This document shows, piece after piece, positions 9,802-19,788 of a stretch of DNA of 64,000 bases. The translations under genes were made by a program, and so were the position numbers. The stretch comes from an uncultured Nitrospiraceae bacterium (GTDB lineage: Bacteria > Nitrospirota > Nitrospiria > Nitrospirales > Nitrospiraceae), in assembly GCA_963846575.1 (NCBI GenBank), contig CAWJWJ010000001.1, positions 928,001-992,000 on the forward strand, given 5' to 3'. Numbering within the stretch: the stretch's first letter is position 1; each line of letters opens with the position of its first letter. Below the pieces are notes generated by a model that ran no database searches, had not been told where the DNA came from, and saw nothing but the letters and a program-made list of their open reading frames with translations.

Positions 9802-10096
9802 GGCTGTCCTTTCCTCAGTGCGTACGAGCCGTCGTCGGAAACGAGCACGCCCATGTCGGTATGAAAGAAATGAACCAGCCAGGCGACGGTTGCAAACTGC
9901 TGAAATGCACGTGCTTTAGACGAAAGCTTGTAGCAGGCATGGACGGAAACCAGGCAGTAGTGTACGGAATCGCCCATCGGGAGATCGGGGGCGAGGCCGC
10001 TTGACAAACCGTCTGTTTTCGCTTGTTACCGGTTCACGTTCAACCTGGCAGGGTAAACGATTGGCCGAGGGAAGGTGACGAGAGGAGTCTGAGCAC

Positions 10097-10936
10097 TTGG
10101 CTATGGAGAGACATGACGAACCAGCGCCTTCCGGAGGCCGAAAAGAGCCCCTGACCGTCCCGCCGCCCAATCCTAAAGGGGGCCGGACATTGATTGTGGA
10201 TGCCCGTGATCCGCATGCCTACATCAGGCCCAGCGCGGCCCTGAAGGACGCCGGAGAGACCGATCAGGTATTCGTTCGTCCCGGAGTGTATGAAGATAAG
10301 GTCTTCATCGCGGACCGTCCGGTGCTGCTCATTGGGGCCGGACGCGACCATGTTCAGATCTACAATCGCCGCGGAGGGCCGCTCTACCTGCAACGGGTCC
10401 CGTCCGGCATGATCAGCGGAATCACGTTTCGGTATGTGGGCAGCGATCAGCACTCCGCGATGAATCTGCTGGATTCGGTGTGCACTGTGACACAGTGTCG
10501 GGCGACGGAAGGTTTACTCTCAGGCGTCGTCATTTACGGCCCCGAAGCGCGCGTGACCTTTATCGATAATGAGGTGTGCTACAACCGCGAGTCCGGGATC
10601 TTTGTCTTTGCCGGCGCGCAACCGCGGGTGGCGCAAAACGTCTGTTTTGGGAATCATCATTTCGGATTAGCCGTGCGGGATCCTGGAAGCCATCCGGAGT
10701 TTGTGCGTAATGTCTGCCACAGCAATATGCTCAGCGGGGTGTTACTGTTCCACCATGCGGAAGCCTTGCTGCTCGACAATACCTGCCGGGACAACCAGCA
10801 TTGGGGGTTGGTGATGACGCCGGATACACATCCGACCCCGACTCGCGAAGACTTGGTCACATCCAATGTGTTGCTGCCTAACCCTCGTGGGTCGATCGTC
10901 GTCACGGAGCAGCCCTTAGCCGACATCGGGCGATAG
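10097..10936 (+). CDS. Right-handed parallel beta-helix repeat protein
   Basis: VFVRPGVYED followed by repeated N.C..N...G(I/L) units of about 23 aa. Confidence 0.8.
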   Translation: MAMERHDEPAPSGGRKEPLTVPPPNPKGGRTLIVDARDPHAYIRPSAALKDAGETDQVFVRPGVYEDKVFIADRPVLLIGAGRDHVQIYNRRGGPLYLQRVPSGMISGITFRYVGSDQHSAMNLLDSVCTVTQCRATEGLLSGVVIYGPEARVTFIDNEVCYNRESGIFVFAGAQPRVAQNVCFGNHHFGLAVRDPGSHPEFVRNVCHSNMLSGVLLFHHAEALLLDNTCRDNQHWGLVMTPDTHPTPTREDLVTSNVLLPNPRGSIVVTEQPLADIGR

Positions 10937-11022
10937 CCATACGGCCACGCATGAGGTGCAGGGACAGTTCTCCGTGACGGTGAGGATGAGATGGGTCTGC
11001 GGATCGAGGCGGGGCGAACAAG

Positions 11023-11952
11023 TCAGCTTTGAATAGGGGATGAGGATGGTTGGAGGCCGGAGGGGGAATGAAATTGAAAGCGGCTCCCGCCCTGATGTTT
11101 GGCGGCGTACATCGCTTTGTCGGCATGTCTAAGTAGTTCGTCAATATTCTGGTCGTCCAACGGGTAGAGGGTGATCCCGATACTCGTACCGATGGAGATC
11201 CGATGGGGTCCCACCTCGAAAGGCGTGCCGATCGACTCCACGATCCGGTTCGCCACGACAGCCACGTCGCCCTCGCCGGATACGCCTTCCAGGATGGCGG
11301 TAAATTCGTCGCCGCCCATGCGGGCGACCGTGTCCACTTCGCGGACGCAGTCGGTGAGCCGGTCCGCGACGATTTTCAGCAATTGATCTCCGACATCGTG
11401 CCCCAGCGTGTCATTGACGGCCTTGAAGCGATCCAGATCGAGGAGCATGATCGCAAGTGGTTGATCCTTCCGTTTACTGCGGGCCATGGCATGGACCAGC
11501 CGGTCGCGGAAGAGGGTGCGATTGATCATTCCGGTCAACTGATCGTGCTGGGCCAGGTACGTCAGGCGTTCCTGCGCCCGCTTGCGTTCGATGGCATAGA
11601 GAATCGACCGCGCGAGAAAATCCGCCCCGCCCTGTCCTTTCACAAGATAATCCTGAGCTCCGTGATGAAGCGCCTGCAGCGCAAGCGGATGGTCATCGTG
11701 TCCGCTCAGTACGACGACCGGCACTCCGGGACTTGTCGCCAGCACCTGCGTCACCGTATTCAAGCCGTGAGTGTCGGGGAGGGATAGGTCGAGCAGCACC
11801 ACGTCGAATCGCCCACGACTGAGCTTGGTCAAGCCTTCCGCCAGAATGGGGGCATGTGAAATGTCGAACTGATCAAGGGCCCATTCAGCAAGCAGATCTT
11901 GCGTGAGCTGGGCATCGACGGGGTTATCTTCAACCAGAAGCACTTTGATCAT
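11023..11952 (-). CDS. Response regulator diguanylate cyclase (REC-GGDEF)
   Basis: VLLVED, LLDLSLPD, DYLVK receiver; DLDRFKAVND and RMGGDEF. Confidence 0.95.
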   Translation of the reverse strand: MIKVLLVEDNPVDAQLTQDLLAEWALDQFDISHAPILAEGLTKLSRGRFDVVLLDLSLPDTHGLNTVTQVLATSPGVPVVVLSGHDDHPLALQALHHGAQDYLVKGQGGADFLARSILYAIERKRAQERLTYLAQHDQLTGMINRTLFRDRLVHAMARSKRKDQPLAIMLLDLDRFKAVNDTLGHDVGDQLLKIVADRLTDCVREVDTVARMGGDEFTAILEGVSGEGDVAVVANRIVESIGTPFEVGPHRISIGTSIGITLYPLDDQNIDELLRHADKAMYAAKHQGGSRFQFHSPSGLQPSSSPIQS

Positions 11953-12499
11953 GGTCTGTCATTCGAAGGGATTGAAGATCCCTGGTCCCATCGCATTGTC
12001 TGTCAAACAACCATGCGGATCAAGGTTCGCCGGGGAACATCATTGGTCTTGAAAGGTGGAATCTGCATGATGATGGAGCAAAAATCTGCCGGGTGATTCA
12101 GCGTGGAGTTTTCACCGGTTCAAGCAGGCTGATCGGGAAGGCCTGGCTTGAAGAGGATTTTAACACGTCACTCTGACGCAGCAAGCATTAGAACCCTTCC
12201 GTACGGAGATCCCGCCGGAAGGGGCGAGGGCACCACGACCCTAATTCCTCAGCCCCTGCTGCACTCAAGGCAAGGCATCCCATTCTCAGGACGGGTAGCT
12301 GGAGGCGAGGTGCTGAGTGGCAGGGAGTACAAAGGCGACCGTGGAGACAAGCAGAACTGGGTGAATGCCTAGTAGGGAAACGGCTCCTCTCATTCCATAT
12401 TAGTTTATGAAGCTGGTTACACTTCTGTACGGTCTCAAAGAGAAGCACGATGGAAGAGGGGACGGACCTCCATGGGTCTGTCAGCGAAAGAGGCACAGG

Positions 12500-12994
12500 A
12501 TGTGGCAACAAACAGGGCGGTGTCTCCTGCTGGGGGCAGCACTCGTAAGCGGGATGGAGGCTTGCACGCTGTTTCCCGCGGGATCTTCGTCAACCCTACC
12601 CAGCAGCGCATTCTTTTCGATTGACCCGGATGGACTGAAACAGGTGCAGGCGATCGCCCATGAGCAAGATATCCGTGCGCAGAATTGTCACACGGGCCCG
12701 ACCTGCGAAGAGGTGTACTACACCCGCGGCCTAGTCGCGCTGTTCGAGAATCGGGCCGATGCGATAACGAAGTTCCAAGAAATGCACACGACCATGCCGA
12801 ACAGCCGGTATGACGCAGCTGCGATCGGCTGGCTGAATCTTCTGCAGGATACGATGCCCGCCACCATCCACACCAAGGCTTTGATCGGTCAGCTGAGGCA
12901 GGAAGTCCTGCATAACCTCCTGGAGCGGACTGAGTTCGCGGCGGACCGAGGTGTGGACGCGCGCAGCCGACGTGTGGCAGAGCTGAATCCGTAA
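12500..12994 (+). CDS. Hypothetical lipoprotein
   Basis: Likely start MWQQTGRCLLLGAALVSGMEAC with a lipobox-like Cys; ORF is open from 12407. Confidence 0.55.
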   Translation: MWQQTGRCLLLGAALVSGMEACTLFPAGSSSTLPSSAFFSIDPDGLKQVQAIAHEQDIRAQNCHTGPTCEEVYYTRGLVALFENRADAITKFQEMHTTMPNSRYDAAAIGWLNLLQDTMPATIHTKALIGQLRQEVLHNLLERTEFAADRGVDARSRRVAELNP

Positions 12995-13154
12995 TCATCA
13001 GCTCTGAGGTGAGTCTAGCCCCTGCGGTTCATGTCGAACTGCCATGGACGGAGGTGGCGGCCGAGGCCTCTGCTCCATGCCTTTGTCAAATCGGATAGGC
13101 GCAGATTCCGCGTCCTCGGTCCGCTCCGAGAGATGACTCGCATGTGGGCCAATC

Positions 13155-15986
13155 TCAAACCTGCGGCGCGCCAACGGTCTGCTGCTGAATAGCTCGATAC
13201 AGCTCGTCGACGGCGGCCTCCTTCGTGAGCAGCATAACCGCTCCCACCGCCTTCATCCTCTCCTGATTGTCCGCATCGGCATTGACCGATAATCCGATGA
13301 TGCAGGTGTCCGGATATTTTGCTTTGATCCGGCCCGTCGCTTCGATTCCGTTCATCCTCGGCATGTTGATGTCCATCACCACGATAGACGGGCGGGACTT
13401 TTCTACGAGCGCAACAGCCTCTTCCCCATTCGCGGCCTCCCCGACGAGTTCGATGTCGGGATATGCCTCCAGTACCGCCCGCAAACCTTGCCGCACCATA
13501 CTGTGGTCATCGACGATCAGTACGCGCGTCCGGGCGGCGTACGTCGTGCGAGGCGATCGGGGAGTTCTTGCAGGCGCTGAACGGCGAGGCTCTTTCCCTT
13601 CGGTCCTCTTGATCGAGCTCGAGGTGGATGGTTCTTCGGGCAGACGGAGGCTAAGCCTGGCGATCGTCCCCTGTCGGCCTGTGCCTCCTGCCGGACCCGT
13701 GCAAGTTTGAGATGCGCCTGCACCCGGGCCAACAGTTCGCGGGCGCTAAAGGGCTTGATGAGATAGTCGTCTGCGCCTTGCGCCAAGCCTTCCTCTTGTG
13801 CCTCTGCTCCCGCCCGCGCTGACAAAAGTATGACGGGGATCGTGTTGGTGCCAGGATCTTTGCGCAGGGCCTCCACCAGACCGATTCCGCCCAACCTGGG
13901 CATCATCACGTCGCTCAGTACCAAGTCGGGACGGCAGTGCTGCACGGCGGCGAGCGCCGCCTCGCCATCGGGCACGGCCTCGACGACATACCGTTCACTC
14001 AACAGCCTGGTGACATAGTGCCGCATGTCGGCGTTGTCATCGGCGAGCAGGATCCGGGGGCGAACGGATCGGCTCTCACCCTCCAAGGGCGGACAGGGTA
14101 CGGCCAGGCATTCGTAATGCTGCGGCAGTTCTTCTGGCACCTCGTCCTGTGCCGATTCCGGTAGCCACCGAAGTGCCTCCTCCACAAACGGACCCGCGCC
14201 GATGGCGGTGAAGGCGGCGGTTCGTGCCCGCCCGATTTGTTCCGGCGGGAGATGTCCCATGCCGAGCGGCACCGTGACGATAAAGGCGGTTCCTTTTCCC
14301 GGTTGACTGTCGGCGCATACCGAGCCCCCGTGAAGCCGCACCAGTTCCTGCACCAGCGCCAGGCCGATACCGCTGCCTTCATACGTGCGGCTACGAGTAT
14401 CCTGCGCCCGATAGAACCGTTCAAATAGTCGAGGCAGATCTCCCGCGGGGATGCCGACGCCGGTATCCCGCACCACCAGTTCCGCAACGTCCTCCCGCTC
14501 ACGCACGCTCACCGTGATGCCGCCTTCAAATGTGAATTTGAAGGCATTGGACACAAGGTTCAGCACGATCTTTTCCCACATGTCCCGATCGATATACACG
14601 GGTTCGCCAAGCGGCGGACAATCCACCAGCAGTTGGAGCCCGGCTCGCTCCGTGGCCGAACGAAAACAACTTGCCAGCTCTGCGGTAAATCCGGAGAGAT
14701 CGGTCGGTTCATAGCGAGCCTGGACCCGTCCGGCCTCGATTCGAGAGAAGTCGAGCAGCGTATTGACCAGCCGGAGCAAGCGCATCCCATTTCTGTTTAC
14801 GATCTCGAGCTGACTTTTGGCAGCAGGAGTGAGATCGGTATGGCCTCGGGACAATAACTCTTCCACCGGCCCCAGCATGAGTGTCAGTGGAGTGCGGAAT
14901 TCATGGCTGACATTCGAGAAGAACCTGGTCTTAGCCTGATCCAGTTCGGCGAGCGCCTCGGCTCGCCGACGTTGTTCTTCCGCGCTACGGGCGTTTTGAA
15001 GGGCGCGGGCGAGCTGGTCCGCCAGCAACACGTAAAAGGCTTGGTAGTCTGTGTCCAGTTGGCGCGTTGGATTGACACCCGCGATGAGAATGGCGACGGG
15101 ACGTTCTTCTCCTGAGAAACGGACGGGTAATACGACTGCTTCCCGGACCGGTTGCCCCAACGGTCCTGGAGGCAGGCCTTCCACATTTTCCAATGGCACG
15201 ACCTGCAGGCGGGACGCGAGAAAGACGTCTCGAAGCGGCCAGGGGCCTGTGAGGGGCCCGTTCAGATCGACCATCGTCGGGCCGAGCGCGGGGGAGAGCG
15301 ACCATTCGATCGCAGGGGTGAGGACCGCCTTGTCCGATTCGATCAGATACAACAGGGAAAACGGGATGTCGTCGCGATTCTTTCTCAGGGTGGCCACCGT
15401 TGCAGCGCAGGCACCCTGGACGGATTTCTCTACCAGTGCGTTGGAGGACAATTCAGACAGGGTCGATATTCGGCGCGCGTGAAGGTTCTTTGCCGTGACG
15501 TCGGATGAGGGGCAGAACAATCCGCCTACGTGGCCTGCTTCATCTCGGATGGGGCTATAAGAAAAGCTGTAGAACGTTTCTTCGAGCAGCTTCCCGCGTC
15601 GCATGAACAGGCGCACATCGTCGACGAACGAGGCCTCTCCCTGGTGGAAGACCTTGTCCGACAGCGGCCCGCAGATGTCCCAGATTTCGGCCCAGACCTC
15701 ATGGGCGGGTCTTCCCAGGGCCCACGGATGTTTTGCGAGCCCGAGCACCGAGATGTACGCATCGTTATACAGAAAGCGTATTGTCAGGTCCCCAACCGAC
15801 CCACATCGGGTGTTGAGAATTGAGGGTGAGGCTGACCGTGGTCTTGAGACTCTGGGGCCATCGCGCGATCGAGCCTAGCGGGGTACTCGACCAGTCGTGG
15901 GCTGCGATCTGCAGGCTCATTTCGCCTCCGCCTGAAAGAAATTCCTCCCCGGCAGAATCAGTCTGATCCTCTGGTTTCAAGATCAC
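13155..15986 (-). pseudogene. Disrupted hybrid sensor histidine kinase (PAS-like, GAF, HisKA, HATPase, REC, then a terminal NarL-type REC), two frame breaks
   Basis: GTG start at 15986 with AGGAG RBS. GGGEM..HDWSSTPLG..WPQSL continues as FLYNDAY only after a +1 base near 15777. FSNVSHEFRTPL, GSGIGLALV, ILLADDNADMR follow. Second break near 13680, then QGTIARLSLRLP...RVLIVDDHSMVRQGLR in another frame. Confidence 0.75.
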
Positions 15987-16855
15987 GTTCTCGCTCCTGC
16001 CTCGGGTCCCATACCCGAGAGGCCCGTAGTTCGAGCTATCTCTGCGTCCTGAGGACGGCATGTTACAGCGCGGTAGGGGCCGGTCTTCCTTTCATGGAGG
16101 GTCGCATAGCGCACTCCCGCGTGTGGAGCGTCTGAGAGCAGTGAACATGGCAATGATCCGTCAGGATCCATTACCCAGGCGAAGGATCTGCTCATAGCGA
16201 TGTTGTGTGCGCCTTCTGGGGAAGCAAGTATATCTGCCGGCAAAAAGGTCACAAAGCTAGGAGAACCCCTAGCAGGCCAAATCCCCCCGCAGCTCTATCA
16301 ACATCAACGCGGCAGCACTTGGGCTGACTTTAAATGCTCCCGTTATCCTCCGGGCCGTTGATCATGGTAGGCGGTGAAACAACTTCAGGCAGTACCTCAA
16401 GGCTGCCGGCTCATACGATTATTTTCTGGCGGTCATTCTTATAGTTAGATATTGCGGGACAGTCGCGGTTCTCTCGAACCATGTCAGGAGCTGTATGTAA
16501 AGCCAAAGATGATGCTGTCTCGCGGCCACTGACAGCCTACCGCGGAGAGTGGACTTCCACTCGGCAAAGCCGGTATAGCCGCATCCCACCCCAATCTACG
16601 GTGCCGAACCGGCGACGTGGCGCTCTTGGACGGCTCGGATCGCCGTTCGTTGATCGACGGGGATGTCTGGCCGCTGGAATCAAGAAGACGTTCCTGACTC
16701 AGCACCATCTGTCCAGTTCTAACTAACTAAGTATTACACATTAATATTTGTTGACTTGCATGCATGGCCTAGGCAGAATTGTGCCGGGTAAGTGGCAAGA
16801 CAAGAAGGAAAAGGTCATGGGGCAATCGGGGGGGTGAACAGTTCAGCAAGGAGGT

Positions 16856-17119
16856 ATGACGATGAGAATTCTACTGTGCGGCTTGTTCAGTGTGGCGCTC
16901 ATGAGTGGTGCGACAATTCTGACAACTACTGATGCCTTTGCTGGTAATGGCAATGGCAACAATGGTAATGGCAACGGTAACTATAACGGCAACAACGGCA
17001 ACGGTAATGGCAACGGCAACGGTAATTCTGTTCCGATTCCTGAGACCCTTGGCTTGTTCGGTGCGGGGATTGCCGGGCTCATCACCTGGCAGGTTGTTTC
17101 CCGACGTAAGCTTTCATAG
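16856..17119 (+). CDS. Small secreted Gly/Asn-rich protein with a PEP-CTERM-like sorting signal
   Basis: AAGGAGGT RBS; signal peptide ending AFA; GN repeats; VPIPETLGLFGAGIAGLITW TM plus basic tail RRK. Confidence 0.8.
   Translation: MTMRILLCGLFSVALMSGATILTTTDAFAGNGNGNNGNGNGNYNGNNGNGNGNGNGNSVPIPETLGLFGAGIAGLITWQVVSRRKLS
16943..17026 (+). repeat. Degenerate GG(T/C)AA(T/C) hexamer tandem repeat encoding (Gly-Asn)n
   Basis: ggtaatggcaatggcaacaatggtaatggcaacggtaac...ggcaacggtaat, with synonymous variation between units. Confidence 0.9.
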
Positions 17120-17945
17120 GGAGCGGGGACACGCTTTTAGGAACGACACGCCGAATCGGATTTGCCCTCCTTATCCGAAGGCTGCATGACATGGGATTCG
17201 TCACACCGGAAAAGCTGGAGCGGCCGAGTGTGACGAACTCCTTGAATCTGTCAGGTGGAGTCTCGCCCATCCTCACATATTTCCGGAAGTTGAGTCCTGT
17301 TCTTTAGCTTAGGTCATCTGTCCCATCTGTCGACGTACCCGATAGATCAAAATGGGTTGCACCTCGGATCGGGAAGGCCTCACGTCCGTATTTTTGGTGT
17401 TCAGAAGATCAGCGTGATTTTCTAACGCGCTGGGTCTCCGGTTGGTGTTGTGCCTGGCCATCGGTCTGGCGGTAAGAACTAGTTGAAACAGGTAAGGTAA
17501 GAAATGGCACGATGCATGTCTCTGCTTGTTGTTCAGGCCAACTCATCGTACGAAGGCATTCGAAAGCCACCTCCTTCCCTGTAAGCTGCGAGCACTGAGT
17601 AGCCGGACTCTGTGATCTGCGACGTGGCGTAATTGGCAAGTCTAGGCAGATGAAGAGTTCCGGCCATGCCGATGGCCTCTTCCCCCATCCCCCCCCCCAC
17701 CAATGACCTGGACGTCCGCGTGAGGGGACTGAACCGCTGGTGTTCGACACAGTGAATAAGCTCACCTGGCATGGGCGACGCCACCCGGTCGCGGATTGGA
17801 GTCATGGATTGGATCGACCGCAGGGAGGCCTCATCGCTTGGATGATTTGCTCTATTACGTAGGATTAGAGAGCCCTTGTAGGGTAGTATGTAGCCTGTGA
17901 GTCAGGCACCCAGTGAAGTTGAGACAACTTATCTCCTCTTAGATC

Positions 17946-18617
17946 ATGCCATCAAACCCTCGTCACCAGTGTCTGATTTATAAAGGCTCTCCCGCACAGC
18001 AGCTGCCGGGACTTTCCGCGGTAATTCGACAAAAACTGACTGAGAACTATCGATGTCTGTATGTTAATAGCCCTTCCATGGTGGCCAGAATGCAGTCCCA
18101 TCTGTTCGCCGGGGGAATCGATGTCACGAAAGAGGTCGCAGATGGCAGTCTTTTGCTGTCCTCGGACAATACACACCTCGTGGATGGGCATTTCAATATT
18201 GAGCGAATGTTGGGAATGCTGGAGGAGGCTTTGGACCAGGCATTAAAGGCCGGTTATAAAGGGCTTTGGGCTACGGGTGATATGAGCCAGGAATTTGGAC
18301 CGGAAAGGGATTTTTCGAATCTTGTGGAGTATGAGTGGCGGCTGGAAGAATTTCTTCGGACGCACCCGGCTTTCCACGGCATTTGCCAATACCATGTGGA
18401 TACCTTGCCGAATGACGTTTTGCGGCAGGGTCTATTAACCCATTCCTCTGTCTACATCAATGAAACACTTTCCCGGCTTAATCCGCTGTATGTGGAGCGG
18501 GACTCGTTCACTGCACAATCGTACAATACGACTGCTCTGGACACGGCGATCAGAGACCTGTGCACGATGCCCGATGCGTTAATTCTAAACGTCTTGCCTC
18601 CCAACTATCTGCTGTAG
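17946..18617 (+). CDS. Stand-alone MEDS (methanogen/methylotroph DcmR sensory) domain protein
   Basis: HQCLIY, RCLYV, GYKGLWATGDMS, LVEYE..L, ICQY, LLTH: the MEDS pattern. Confidence 0.85.
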   Translation: MPSNPRHQCLIYKGSPAQQLPGLSAVIRQKLTENYRCLYVNSPSMVARMQSHLFAGGIDVTKEVADGSLLLSSDNTHLVDGHFNIERMLGMLEEALDQALKAGYKGLWATGDMSQEFGPERDFSNLVEYEWRLEEFLRTHPAFHGICQYHVDTLPNDVLRQGLLTHSSVYINETLSRLNPLYVERDSFTAQSYNTTALDTAIRDLCTMPDALILNVLPPNYLL

Positions 18618-18972
18618 AGATTCAACCAAACACGGCGCTGGTTATCGAGTGCCTGGCCGGCGTATCCATTGATCGACCCCTCAGTTTGTTCCGTATGTGC
18701 CCGATATGTTTTGCTGCGGAAAGTCAGCTCTGCCGATGCGCCATGGTGTGTTGAGGAAGAGGGAGTCATCCCTTCATAGACTAAGCTTCAGCCAAGAAAA
18801 TGCAGACGGGATGGTAGGTCGTAGTCAACAATTCTCAGGAACGGCAGTCTGTTTAACGAACGGAGTTCCACCGGAAAGTTTGCCCGGCTGGCGTCAGTCA
18901 TAGTGCCTGAGTAGTGTCGTCCCACCTGACTGTCGTAGAATATTACATGTGGCTGTCTTCTGGAGCTGACAA

Positions 18973-19788
18973 ATGAACGCTGTCCGACGACACAATGTGA
19001 ACGTCATCGGTCCCAAAGAGAAAAAGGCGATCGTGTTCGCGCATGGATTCGGCTGTGACCAGAACATGTGGCGGCACGTGGCTCCGCAATTCGCCGATGA
19101 CCATCAGGTGGTGCTGTTCGATTATATCGGCGCCGGCGGCTCGGACCTCACCCACTATGATCCCTCGCGCTATAGTACCCTCGATGCCTACGCCGATGAC
19201 GTGCTCGAGATCGTTCGAGAGTTGGACCTCGAACATTCCATTTTTATCGGCCACTCCGTGAGCGCGATGATCGGCATCCTGGCGGCCATCAAAGAACCGC
19301 ATCGATTCGACGGGTTGGTGCTCATCGGCCCGTCCCCGCGCTACATCAATGACGGCGGGTACGTGGGCGGATTCGAGGCGAGCGATATCGACGCGTTGCT
19401 CGAATCCCTCGACACCAACTACCTAGGTTGGTCCAGCCAAATGGCGCCCGTCATCATGGGCAACAGTGATCGCCCCGAGCTGGGCCAGGAACTGAGCAAT
19501 AGCTTCTGCCGGATGGACCCCGCCATCGCCAAGAATTTCGCCCGCGTGACATTCCTGTCCGACAATCGCGATGACCTTCCGAAAGTCAGGGCAAAGACCC
19601 TGATACTGCAGTGCTCTGCGGACGTGATTGCTCCACTTGAGGTCGGCCATTTCGTCCAGCGCCGGATACCGAACAGCACACTGGTCGTCATGAAAGCCAC
19701 AGGGCATTGCCCCAATTTGAGTGCGCCTGAGGAAACCGTAGCTGAGATCAAACGTTTTCTCATCTCAGGAGATTATGTCCGAAACTGA
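18973..19788 (+). CDS. rsbQ: RsbQ-family alpha/beta hydrolase (KAI2/D14 homologue)
   Basis: RRHNVNV, FAHGFGCDQNMWR, GHSVSAMIG nucleophile elbow, GPSPRYIND, DVIAP, ATGHCPNLSAP. Confidence 0.92.
   Translation: MNAVRRHNVNVIGPKEKKAIVFAHGFGCDQNMWRHVAPQFADDHQVVLFDYIGAGGSDLTHYDPSRYSTLDAYADDVLEIVRELDLEHSIFIGHSVSAMIGILAAIKEPHRFDGLVLIGPSPRYINDGGYVGGFEASDIDALLESLDTNYLGWSSQMAPVIMGNSDRPELGQELSNSFCRMDPAIAKNFARVTFLSDNRDDLPKVRAKTLILQCSADVIAPLEVGHFVQRRIPNSTLVVMKATGHCPNLSAPEETVAEIKRFLISGDYVRN

Noticed and set aside
12131..17380. 14-nt direct repeat GATCGGGAAGGCCT at 12131 and 17367 as att sites
   Set aside because: Several 14-mer matches are expected by chance in 64 kb, and it is unrelated to the tRNA end.
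17689..17698. Poly-C10 tract as a phase-variation switch
   Set aside because: Lies in non-coding sequence with no credible ORF or promoter link.
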